Assembly (NCBI GenBank): GCA_018238825.1
Contig: JABCSP010000001.1
Location: 1-48,444, forward strand
DNA from: Candidatus Thorarchaeota archaeon
GTDB lineage: Archaea > Asgardarchaeota > Thorarchaeia > Thorarchaeales > Thorarchaeaceae
Direction of reading: 5' to 3'
DNA: 48,444 bases
Position numbers and translations under genes: made by a program. Numbering within the stretch: the stretch's first letter is position 1; each line of letters begins with the position of its first letter. Positions 1-7,965 of the stretch are shown in pieces. The notes below the pieces were generated by a model that saw nothing but the letters and a program-made list of their open reading frames with translations, was not told the origin of the DNA and did no database searches.

Positions 1-381
1 AGCCGTATAATTCCCAGGTATTTGTTTACCACTAGCAACAGCCATATTTTTAAGGGCAAACAAAATATCAACAGGTGCAACTTTCTGTGGACAACGTTCT
101 TGGCATTCATAACATGTAAGACACAACCAAATTTCGTTTGAAGAAAGCACTTCTTCTCGCATCCCAAGAAGAATCATCCGAATGAGTTGATGTGGCTTGT
201 ACTTCCACATATTTGCAATAGGACAAGCTGCTGTACAAGTGGAACAAGCAAAACAAGCTGATAGCTCTTCGCCGTTTGGCATGCTCTTGATTTCTTCTCG
301 AAACTTGGAATCAAGCTTCGACATATCGATTGCGTCAATCAGTGTAACTGGCGGACCAGTTGGTTCATCGATTTCAGTCAT
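1..381 (-). CDS. hdrC: Heterodisulfide reductase subunit C-like 4Fe-4S dicluster protein (C-terminus cut by window edge)
   Basis: Absent from the ORF track because it runs off the window. My translation from ATG at 381: MTEIDEPTGPPVTLIDAIDMSKLDSKFREEIKSMPNGEELSACFACSTCTAACPIANMWKYKPHQLIRMILLGMREEVLSSNEIWLCLTCYECQERCPQKVAPVDILFALKNMAVASGKQIPGNYTA. Two CxxCxxCxxxCP motifs in the HdrC arrangement. Confidence 0.7.
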   Translation of the reverse strand, partial: MTEIDEPTGPPVTLIDAIDMSKLDSKFREEIKSMPNGEELSACFACSTCTAACPIANMWKYKPHQLIRMILLGMREEVLSSNEIWLCLTCYECQERCPQKVAPVDILFALKNMAVASGKQIPGNYTA

Positions 382-467
382 GGGATACACCACGGGTTGT
401 TAACGAGAAACTCGCTGAGTTATGTGCGAAATTGAAGCCCATATTAAAAGTTTGTAAAGAAGGAATA

Positions 468-665
468 TTAACCGGAAACCTCTTTTTCAAATCCCTCACG
501 ATAAATCAAGAGAAGAATACCCGATAAACTAAGGAAAATCGTTACTTCATAAAGAATAATCCAAAGAATATCCATTGTATTTAGAGGATACATCAGACCA
601 CCTAACATGGCCAAAATCATACAAAAGGTTCCAATAATCAGATAGACGATTTTGTGAGGGGGCAT
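468..665 (-). CDS. Small hypothetical membrane protein (two predicted TM helices)
   Basis: 65-aa ORF with two long hydrophobic stretches (VYLIIGTFCMILAMLGGLMYPL and ILWIILYEVTIFLSLSGILLLI). No family recognised. Confidence 0.4.
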   Translation of the reverse strand: MPPHKIVYLIIGTFCMILAMLGGLMYPLNTMDILWIILYEVTIFLSLSGILLLIYREGFEKEVSG

Positions 666-690
666 AAGATGAAAGCGGGCGTACTGACTC

Positions 691-987
691 TTAGGATTTT
701 CTGTCAGATGACAAAGCTAATTCTATTACTTCTTCGATCCTTTTTCTGAGAGATTGATATGATTTTGTTGTTGTTTTGAGAACATCTATGTTTAGTTGAA
801 TCAGGTACCCCTTGAGGTCTTCTGTTTTTCCTTGTAGATTTGTCAGAGTAGGAGTTTCTCTAACCAACCGAAGTACTCCTGTCAAAGCAACTTGGAACTT
901 TTCGTGAATCGCATCAATCTCTTTTTGTTGCTCATTCAAGAGTGTGAGCAGAGAGTCTAGTTCGTTTGCTATTTGTTCATTATTCAT
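691..987 (-). CDS. Hypothetical coiled-coil protein, distal gene of the priS-gins operon
   Basis: ORF 691..1053 overlaps the GINS CDS at its 5' end. I prefer ATG at 987 (MNNEQIANEL...), which gives an ATGAATAA start/stop overlap with the GINS stop at 980-982. Helix-rich and heptad-like; no family recognised. Confidence 0.45.
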   Translation of the reverse strand: MNNEQIANELDSLLTLLNEQQKEIDAIHEKFQVALTGVLRLVRETPTLTNLQGKTEDLKGYLIQLNIDVLKTTTKSYQSLRKRIEEVIELALSSDRKS

Positions 988-1618
988 CTGCAATGACCCC
1001 ATCTTCAGGTATAATGCGACTTGCGGTGCCATCACGTAACCATGTTCTTGCATTAGCTACTGGAATCTTAGCAACGGCCTCTTTCTCGAATGGACCATGT
1101 GTTTTTTCATCAAGTCCCATGAATGGTTCCTCAATTGGACGTAGGAATCGAACAATAATATAATCAATATCTTCATCTATTTCATCCAGAGTTTCATCGG
1201 ACTTCTTTGTGGTTTTTCTCTTCTTGTCTTTAGATTTGGATTGCTGAGTTGCTCCTGAAAGAGCTTCTTTTACAAAATCGATATGACTATCAAGTGCACG
1301 TTGTGTTTCTTTGTAAAATTCTTCTTCAGCTAATGTCATATCACCAGTGGGTTTACGATTAGAGAATGCTGCTTTCAGTATCTTGTTTCTTCGATATTCT
1401 AATAGATCCTTCAACATGAATTCGATGTTTAGAGCTTGTTGTGACAATAAATCAGCTTGTAGAACATCATCGGCATTTGTTGAAGCTAGTTCAAGACGTA
1501 CTTTGGAGAGATATGAAACCATTTTACTCAGACGAAGGTCTGCAAGATTTTGTAGTGCGTTATTTGATATTTCATCGTCCCATGCATTTTTGATATCATT
1601 ATAGCTAATTTCACTCAA
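980..1618 (-). CDS. gins51: GINS complex subunit, Gins51/Gins15 type
   Basis: 212 aa. Helical N-terminal A-domain followed by a beta-rich C-terminal B-domain (DYIIVRFLRPIEEPFMGLDEKTHGPFEKEAVAKIPVANARTWLRDGTA), the Gins51 domain order. 8-nt overlap with upstream priS, matching the conserved archaeal priS-gins pairing. Confidence 0.7.
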   Translation of the reverse strand: MSEISYNDIKNAWDDEISNNALQNLADLRLSKMVSYLSKVRLELASTNADDVLQADLLSQQALNIEFMLKDLLEYRRNKILKAAFSNRKPTGDMTLAEEEFYKETQRALDSHIDFVKEALSGATQQSKSKDKKRKTTKKSDETLDEIDEDIDYIIVRFLRPIEEPFMGLDEKTHGPFEKEAVAKIPVANARTWLRDGTASRIIPEDGVIADE

Positions 1619-3110
1619 GCAAAGCGACTCCCTTACTTAGTACAAAGACCGCAGCAGCTATTGGCAGTTCCACAGACTCACCACTAGAAGGACCATACTT
1701 CTCGTCATTGATTACGAATGATGGGATATTAGGACCCTTATGAAATCTAACATTCAAAGTTCCTTCATTAAAAGCTATGGCATCATTGAATGGATTGAAT
1801 GTATCTAAATCGTCCCTAGTCAGTTCAGTGACTAAAAACCCAGTCTTACCATTGATACTACCTATCAGACGAATGACTCTGTGAATATCATGAGTGACTG
1901 GTCTATCAATTTCACTTCCAAAGCGCTCTACAGCTTTCTCTGCTATCTCTTGCCACGATTTTATTCCAACACCTTTGACCTTACCACTCAACACAGGACG
2001 CGGTCTCTGGAGCATATTTATCGCAATAACTCTCTCGTCTTTAAGGAGTTTCACCCATTTCTCTCGACCTGGATATGTGTCAATATTATGAATAAACTCT
2101 ACCATGGCATCAGCGACTTTGCCAGACCAGCCGGGAATATCACGAGAAGGAATTAGATTACCACCTCTCTGTGAAATGATAGCCTTGTTACCTCTAAATC
2201 CAGAACCCATTACGTAATGTACAATCTCTATACGCGCATTGGAATCTAATGTGTACACTTTAGGATCATGAACTCGAATGTGATATCCTCGGTGACCACT
2301 GTAGTTAAGCTGTATCTTATCGGAATCAAAACCTAAATCATCTGTTAAGAACTCATCATAGAGTTTCATCGTATGCTTTCGTGCCACACCAAGGCATTTG
2401 TTACAAATCCATTTTCTTGTACTGAAGCCGTATAACTTTCTGGAGGTTGTTGCTTTACAATCCGGACATGTTTTTGGTAAATCTCCACTTCCAATCTTAC
2501 CACACTTTGGATTATCACAATACCAAGCATCACCACAAACTGGACAGATTTCTGGTGGTTTTCCTGTTCCTGTTTTACCACAGGTAGGATTCTTGCATCG
2601 CCAAGAATCATGGTCGTTTGCACATTTCAAATCTAGGTGATCAGCATCTATGTCAAAAACTAGTTCAGCCCCCATCCATTCTTTTTCATGCATTTTTATT
2701 GCAGTTGGAAATCCATAGAATGCAGCTGAATGGTATACACTGTGAGGCGCAATTTTAACCAGATTTCGTAGTAGATCATCTCTAGATTTGTAACCTTCAT
2801 GACGAATCCAATTAGTTACACTGACTGCCTTGGAATCACAGTTTGGACACTTTGTTACAGGCTGAAAGGATTTTCCTGATTTACCGCAACCTGTTCGAAC
2901 TTCATTTCCTGATTCATCACGACCAATCTGTTCACGGCAACGCCAGTTATATTCCCATGCTTGAATTGCAAATTCGCGTGTATGAATTTGGTCTGGAACA
3001 TCGACAGACTTTGGGTTTTCAGAGTAGTACTCGTGAAATAGAAGTCGTAGCTTCATAGTTGTCGTTGTCTTTTCCTGATTTTGCGCTGACATCGATTTGA
3101 ACTCCACCAC
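1611..3110 (-). CDS. priS: DNA primase small (catalytic) subunit PriS, enlarged by zinc-ribbon inserts
   Basis: 499 aa. AEP primase motifs: LVFDIDADH (DxD), SGHRGYHIRV, RLIGSINGKTG. Multiple CxxC modules. Confidence 0.9.
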   Translation of the reverse strand: MVEFKSMSAQNQEKTTTTMKLRLLFHEYYSENPKSVDVPDQIHTREFAIQAWEYNWRCREQIGRDESGNEVRTGCGKSGKSFQPVTKCPNCDSKAVSVTNWIRHEGYKSRDDLLRNLVKIAPHSVYHSAAFYGFPTAIKMHEKEWMGAELVFDIDADHLDLKCANDHDSWRCKNPTCGKTGTGKPPEICPVCGDAWYCDNPKCGKIGSGDLPKTCPDCKATTSRKLYGFSTRKWICNKCLGVARKHTMKLYDEFLTDDLGFDSDKIQLNYSGHRGYHIRVHDPKVYTLDSNARIEIVHYVMGSGFRGNKAIISQRGGNLIPSRDIPGWSGKVADAMVEFIHNIDTYPGREKWVKLLKDERVIAINMLQRPRPVLSGKVKGVGIKSWQEIAEKAVERFGSEIDRPVTHDIHRVIRLIGSINGKTGFLVTELTRDDLDTFNPFNDAIAFNEGTLNVRFHKGPNIPSFVINDEKYGPSSGESVELPIAAAVFVLSKGVALLE

Positions 3111-3146
3111 TCAATTACGACAGGAATAGATTCAATCTTACTTGGT

Positions 3147-3905
3147 CTATCTACGTTCGACACGTGGTGCTAAGATGAAACTGATGGCTCCAGCCTCAGC
3201 AATTGGGAATTCCAACATCATTGGCTTGCTTCCAGTGAATTGAAGGATAATACTATCACTAGCAATCGCTTTTGATATCTCAGCGAGATAGTTAAGCGCG
3301 TACATAGCAGTAGATGGACCAGCACCAACCTTCAGCTGGAAAAGAGCTGGATCTTCACCCTCGGTGGTCAAAGTAATCTTCGCTTCACCAGTATCGCCTT
3401 CACCTGTAAAGGTAAGTAGATTCTTTTCAGCACTTATCTTTACATGACTAGAAACAACACCAACATCTTTGATTGCTTGTTTGAATGCGTCTGCATACAT
3501 CTCAGCCTTCACACCAAACTCCATTCCCGGCTTATTCGTTTGACTATCAGGAGGTGTAAGAAGCTGAAGTTTGAACTGTCGTTCTGCCTGACCAATCATC
3601 TTAATCTCAAGTCGATTATCAGAATCATCAAGGTTGAACTCTAGATGTTCATCCCCACCCATCCGTTTGCTAACTCGGACAAGCTCATCAATTCCAAGGC
3701 AAACGTCATACTCACCCTTGCAGGTAAATTCTTGAAAAATTGTAGATGGAAGATTGAGGTCGACCATAGCAGCCTTGGATGAATCAAGCTGTCTCAATGT
3801 CATTCCGGATTCAGATACTTTGAGGTGTGCCTCAGTCAATAATGTAGCTAAAGCATCCACTATCTGTTTCCAGGTCTTCGTGCTGTCTAGGGTAGCGTGG
3901 AACAT
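3147..3905 (-). CDS. pcn: PCNA sliding clamp, paralog A
   Basis: 252 aa. Full-length archaeal PCNA pattern (MFHATLDSTKTWKQIVDAL... to ...ISFILAPRVERR) and typical clamp length. Confidence 0.9.
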   Translation of the reverse strand: MFHATLDSTKTWKQIVDALATLLTEAHLKVSESGMTLRQLDSSKAAMVDLNLPSTIFQEFTCKGEYDVCLGIDELVRVSKRMGGDEHLEFNLDDSDNRLEIKMIGQAERQFKLQLLTPPDSQTNKPGMEFGVKAEMYADAFKQAIKDVGVVSSHVKISAEKNLLTFTGEGDTGEAKITLTTEGEDPALFQLKVGAGPSTAMYALNYLAEISKAIASDSIILQFTGSKPMMLEFPIAEAGAISFILAPRVERR

Positions 3906-4039
3906 TATTCAGTTATCTCCAATATCATTGTTAGGGTCTTTGGTCAAGCAGGTTTGAACATATTTTGACATGCGGTATGCCATTTAAAATGTACTTCTCG
4001 GTAAATGCATGTATCAATTTGTATTGAATTTTGGCTCCA

Positions 4040-4795
4040 TCATCTTCTCTCTACACGGGGAGCAAGAAGATAACGAATCTCACCGCTCTCTCCAATTGTA
4101 AACTCAAGCATAATTGGTTTATGTGCTGCCATATGAAGTGTCAATGTATCACCAGATATAGCCTTAGCAATCTCTATCAGATAACTAAGTGCATACATTG
4201 ATGTCGCATCACTCGTGGAGCTGAGATGAAAGAGAGATGAGTCATCACTACCAAGTTTCAAAACAACTTCTGCTTCTCCTGTATCACCAGCACCTGCAAA
4301 GGTTAGTGTATTCGAGGTAGCCGTGACTTTCAAATGATTTGAAACCACTCCAATATCTTTCACTGCGTGTTTAAAGGCATCAGAAAGCATCTCAGCGCGA
4401 TTTTCAAAAGAGGGGGATATTTTCTGAGTCCGCTCGTCAGGAGGGGTCAGTAATTGGAGTTTGAATGTTCTCTCAGCATGACCAATCATTTTGATTTCGA
4501 ATCGTTTCTCAGATTCATCAAGATTGAATACTAATCTATCATCTCCCGCCATTCGTTTACTCACTTTGACTACTTCAGCTATGCCTAAGCAAATTTCATG
4601 TTCTTCAGTACAATTGTATTCCTGAAAAACACTTCTTGGTAATGTCATGTCGACCATAGCGGCTCGGGAAGAGTCATACTGAGTTAACGTGATTCCACTC
4701 GATGACACCACCAAGTGAATTTCTGTAAGTAAAGTGGCTAGAGAATCTACAATCTGTTTCCAAGTTTTTGTACTATCAAGTGTAGCGTAAAACAA
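4040..4795 (-). CDS. pcn: PCNA sliding clamp, paralog B
   Basis: 251 aa. Colinear with paralog A (MFYATLDSTKTWKQIVDSL... to ...IRYLLAPRVERR). Confidence 0.9.
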   Translation of the reverse strand: MFYATLDSTKTWKQIVDSLATLLTEIHLVVSSSGITLTQYDSSRAAMVDMTLPRSVFQEYNCTEEHEICLGIAEVVKVSKRMAGDDRLVFNLDESEKRFEIKMIGHAERTFKLQLLTPPDERTQKISPSFENRAEMLSDAFKHAVKDIGVVSNHLKVTATSNTLTFAGAGDTGEAEVVLKLGSDDSSLFHLSSTSDATSMYALSYLIEIAKAISGDTLTLHMAAHKPIMLEFTIGESGEIRYLLAPRVERR

Positions 4796-4801
4796 TATTA
4801 T

Positions 4802-5176
4802 TCACCCACTCATCGTTTTTAGAACTTTATCTTCCATCTCTAAGATTTCTTTGTACTGTTCAATATTGAGAGTATCAATAGGGTGCACAATGGTTGCATT
4901 CAACCTTGCTTCCTTCTTTTTCTTTACAGTCTTGGTGGTTACGTCCCCAATAATGAGGTACTTCTTCTTTAGTTCAAGAGTCCCTTCAACGCTTACCCAA
5001 ATACTTCCAGCTTTGTCAACTTCTGAATCATATAGATCTTGAATAAGAGCTGCACCTGGGCTTGAATCCACTACTATTCCTAAAACTCGAACTGGTCCAT
5101 CAATCGAAGGGGAAATATTGCGAATAGTAGTAAGTTTTGATGCTTTCTTTCTAGGGATCTTCTTTTCTTCGGTCAA
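4802..5176 (-). CDS. OB-fold protein, possible small RPA-like ssDNA-binding subunit
   Basis: 124 aa with a TTG start. Basic N-tail, then a beta-rich core (VRVLGIVVDSSPGAALIQD...IWVSVEGTLELKKKYLIIGDV) consistent with a single OB fold. Sits 6 nt from PCNA-B. Confidence 0.45.
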   Translation of the reverse strand: MTEEKKIPRKKASKLTTIRNISPSIDGPVRVLGIVVDSSPGAALIQDLYDSEVDKAGSIWVSVEGTLELKKKYLIIGDVTTKTVKKKKEARLNATIVHPIDTLNIEQYKEILEMEDKVLKTMSG

Positions 5177-5280
5177 ATCACATTCGCCTGTCTATTATTA
5201 TCAGAGATAGGAGATTTTAGTCATCTCTATTTTTATCATCTAGTGGTGCTATAAATGTGTCACTTACATTTCGGTTGAAA

Positions 5281-5610
5281 CTAGCCACCATAGTTGCGCC
5301 AAGTGTGTTTACACTTTGTGCATCTATAAAACTCAGTTGCTCCTTCATCACCACGTCTCGTCTGTACTGTCCAATAGTAAGCATCATTATTGTTACATTT
5401 AGGACAACTAGCTCTAGTGATTGGCATTGGAATGGAATCATCCTCAACTACAATGATTTTATCACGAGGTCCTTTCTCGATATTTTGAGTAACTCTTAGT
5501 CTTCCTTCGATTTCTTTGGTGTGCTCACAACTACGGCATTTCAAGACTCTTTTACCGTCATCCTGTGTAAAAGCAACCATCATTATACCACATTTTTCAC
5601 AGAATTCCAT
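5281..5610 (-). CDS. tfs: Transcription factor S (TFS / RpoM-like)
   Basis: 109 aa. N-terminal ribbon CEKCG...CRSC and C-terminal TFIIS-type ribbon CPKC...QTRRGDEGATEFYRCTKCKHTW with the acidic DE hairpin. Confidence 0.85.
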   Translation of the reverse strand: MEFCEKCGIMMVAFTQDDGKRVLKCRSCEHTKEIEGRLRVTQNIEKGPRDKIIVVEDDSIPMPITRASCPKCNNNDAYYWTVQTRRGDEGATEFYRCTKCKHTWRNYGG

Positions 5611-5686
5611 AGGGACTGTTCTCCACTTCTGCGTCGCAGTGCTTTGTTGTCAATTAAGCGTTTTGACTTGTCACATTAAATGAAAA

Positions 5687-6097
5687 TTACGGCAGATGCT
5701 CAATATTACTTTCTAGAAACTTTTGAAATGATACAGCTGCAATCTCACCCTCTTTCTTTCGACTGGTTGTGTTGTCGATTTCAAGTGACTCTGAGAGAGA
5801 ATTTACCATATCAGAAATAGTGATTTTCTCGGTCATCCACAAGTATGCCATAATTGCTTCGTAAGCATCACCAGCTCTTCCTGCGTCAGTTCTACGGTTC
5901 ATATGGCGATATACAGATGTTGCACGTATTGCACGGGCAAGCACACTATCACGTACTTTTTCGCCTGTTGGATAACCAAGAACTAAAGATTTAGCTAGAG
6001 AGTAGGAAAAATTGACAAGACCGTCACCCACCTTTGCTAGACCTTTGTCATGCATGATGCTTTCGACATTCGTGTGTTCAACAAAGCTTTCCCACAT
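5687..6097 (-). CDS. RNase III-like domain protein (conserved archaeal)
   Basis: 136 aa. RNase III-like motif pair GLAKVGDGLVNFSYSLA and AGDAYEAIMAYLW. Located beside rpoL. Confidence 0.5.
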   Translation of the reverse strand: MWESFVEHTNVESIMHDKGLAKVGDGLVNFSYSLAKSLVLGYPTGEKVRDSVLARAIRATSVYRHMNRRTDAGRAGDAYEAIMAYLWMTEKITISDMVNSLSESLEIDNTTSRKKEGEIAAVSFQKFLESNIEHLP

Positions 6098-6125
6098 ATG
6101 GGATCACCAAAGAATCAGTCTATTC

Positions 6126-6416
6126 TTAGTCTACACTGTGATCAGAAACAGCTTGCTTGAACCTTTTTCTGAACTCTTCAGTGCGTGCAAGCATTTTCTC
6201 AAGTGATTCTCGTAGCACAACATTGGATTGGCGCCTCTTTGTTCGTAATGTAACAACAGGGCTTGCAAGTAGTGGATGAGCAATATTGTATCCTGCAAAC
6301 TCTACAGATGGTTCTTCAAGGAGTGTCTTACGTAGAAGATTCGGAAAAGAATGTCCTTCTCCACCAATCTCAAATTTCATTTCAAATTTTGTATTTTCTA
6401 TTGTTCTTGGTTTCAA
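6126..6416 (-). CDS. rpoL: DNA-directed RNA polymerase subunit L (Rpo11)
   Basis: 96 aa. EGHSFPNLLRKTLLEEPSVEFAGYNIAHPLLASPVVTLRT matches the RpoL/Rpb11 pattern. Confidence 0.85.
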   Translation of the reverse strand: MKPRTIENTKFEMKFEIGGEGHSFPNLLRKTLLEEPSVEFAGYNIAHPLLASPVVTLRTKRRQSNVVLRESLEKMLARTEEFRKRFKQAVSDHSVD

Positions 6417-7174
6417 TTACGACGCCTCCTATCGTTCTGTCGTCCACGACCCCTATCAGATCGCCTATCATCATAGCGTCGGTCTCCGCCTCTACTACGA
6501 TTGTCATATCGTCCGCCGCCTCTACGATCATATCTATCGTCCCTGTCATAGGACCTACGACGTGGAGCAAGATCGGGTCTTGCTTCAAGACCAAAGAGTT
6601 GTCCATAATCGTTGGCTACTTCTCGAGTTTCTCGATTTTCGCATCTGAGACAGAACATATTATTATTCGAGGTTAATGTAAGAGGATTTCCACATCTAGA
6701 ACATTTCGCCAGAATCACACCTAATTCAGGACCCACAACACTAAGCACAGTAGGAATTTCATGAGTGTTGATAGCTGTGGCTCGGACAATGTCAGTTGTC
6801 CGCATCACATCATGCATGCTCTTGACGAAACGCCGGGTCACGTTGCTGATATGTATTTCACCAACTAGACCACTATGGAAGTCTTCACCGTTCCTTCTAA
6901 CTATAGAGATTTCAGCACGCTGTTCGTAAGCATTACCTACCTCTCCTATTAGAATATCACCGCTGACTGGAAGTGCGATCTTCATCTTGCCATCTGGAGT
7001 CAGAACCTTGATACTTCGTTCTTTGAGGTCCATTGAAACTGCACCAGGTGCTGCGGCATATACAATCCCATCTTTCTCGTAGGTGCCATAACTTGGTGAT
7101 AGTTCTTCGATAACGCATAACTGCTCACCGGGTACCACAATGTCACCGCTCTTAACGTCAGCCATTCTGTTCAC
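6413..7174 (-). CDS. csl4: Exosome cap subunit Csl4 with an added R/G/D-rich C-terminal tail
   Basis: 253 aa. N-terminal domain, S1-like barrel and zinc ribbon CSRCGNPL...CLRCEN. 4-nt overlap with rpoL, in the conserved methyltransferase-csl4-rpoL order. Last ~55 aa are RR/RGG/DR repeats. Confidence 0.8.
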   Translation of the reverse strand: MNRMADVKSGDIVVPGEQLCVIEELSPSYGTYEKDGIVYAAAPGAVSMDLKERSIKVLTPDGKMKIALPVSGDILIGEVGNAYEQRAEISIVRRNGEDFHSGLVGEIHISNVTRRFVKSMHDVMRTTDIVRATAINTHEIPTVLSVVGPELGVILAKCSRCGNPLTLTSNNNMFCLRCENRETREVANDYGQLFGLEARPDLAPRRRSYDRDDRYDRRGGGRYDNRSRGGDRRYDDRRSDRGRGRQNDRRRRN

Positions 7175-7796
7175 ACTCTTTTGAACATATTCGATAAAGG
7201 TCTACATCGACCATATGTACTTGTTTTCTATGGAAATCGAACAATTTACCGATTGGAAATTGGAATGTTTCGATTTGTGTCACCCTTGCGCCAAGATTCT
7301 CGACTTCCTTTTCCAGAAAGATCCTGTTCTTGTCACCCGAAAGGTGAATACTATAGGTCACATCTGCAATCGAGATTGCCTTTCTGAGGAATCTCAGGTC
7401 AGCACCTCTCTTCTTCACTCCGAACGGGGGATTACTGACCACAGTGTCGACAAGACAATGTAGCTGTAAAGAGGATACATCCCCTAATACCCAGTCTACA
7501 GTGCCTTCTGTTCCGAGCAATCGTGAATTCATTTGTGACACCTTTAAGGCTTTGCTTTGCACATCAATTCCAATCACCCTCTGAGCACCTAAGAGTGCAG
7601 CACCTAGAGCAAATATACCATCACCACATCCAAGATCTATCACAGTCTTGTCTATGATATCACTATGCTCCATTTGTGCAGCAAAAAGAATTGCAGAAGC
7701 TATTCTCGAGGGAGTAGGATATTGTTCAAGAGAGACCTCATACTCACCAGATCGTTCGATTGATTCCAGTGTTATCTCTAAATCTCTAAGACGCAA
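7158..7796 (-). CDS. SAM-dependent methyltransferase, METTL5/COG2263-like predicted RNA methylase
   Basis: 212 aa. SAM-binding site VIDLGCGDGIFALGAALLGA and catalytic SNPPFG motif. Confidence 0.75.
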   Translation of the reverse strand: MRLRDLEITLESIERSGEYEVSLEQYPTPSRIASAILFAAQMEHSDIIDKTVIDLGCGDGIFALGAALLGAQRVIGIDVQSKALKVSQMNSRLLGTEGTVDWVLGDVSSLQLHCLVDTVVSNPPFGVKKRGADLRFLRKAISIADVTYSIHLSGDKNRIFLEKEVENLGARVTQIETFQFPIGKLFDFHRKQVHMVDVDLYRICSKECEQNG

Positions 7797-7927
7797 CTAG
7801 TACTCACCATTGACCATTATATCAAAGAATAGAATTCTCTGATTGATGAATGATACTATTGATACATTATTGAACTAATGATAGTGCTGGTAATACGTAA
7901 GCTTATCAGGTCTACATGTTCCATAGG

Positions 7928-7950
7928 CTCCACAAGAAGTCCAGTGGAAC
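7928..7950. promoter_or_regulatory. ORB-like Orc1/Cdc6 recognition sequences directly upstream of orc1/cdc6
   Basis: CTCCACAAGAAG (7928-7939) followed by TCCAGTGGAAC (7940-7950). The second contains the TCCA-G-TGGA dyad of archaeal origin recognition boxes. GTTCCA at 7918-7923 is the inverted partner of TGGAAC at 7945-7950. Confidence 0.4.
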
Positions 7951-7965
7951 TACCCTTGACTTCTA

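Noticed and set aside
197-403. 68-aa plus-strand ORF at the window start
   Set aside because: It is antisense to the HdrC-like CDS, whose two ferredoxin motifs are unambiguous.
6263-6676. ORFs of 137, 120 and 74 aa overlapping the 3' part of csl4
   Set aside because: They are alternative-frame or antisense readings of the repetitive Arg/Asp/Gly codons of the Csl4 tail. They are low-complexity and lie inside a well-supported gene.
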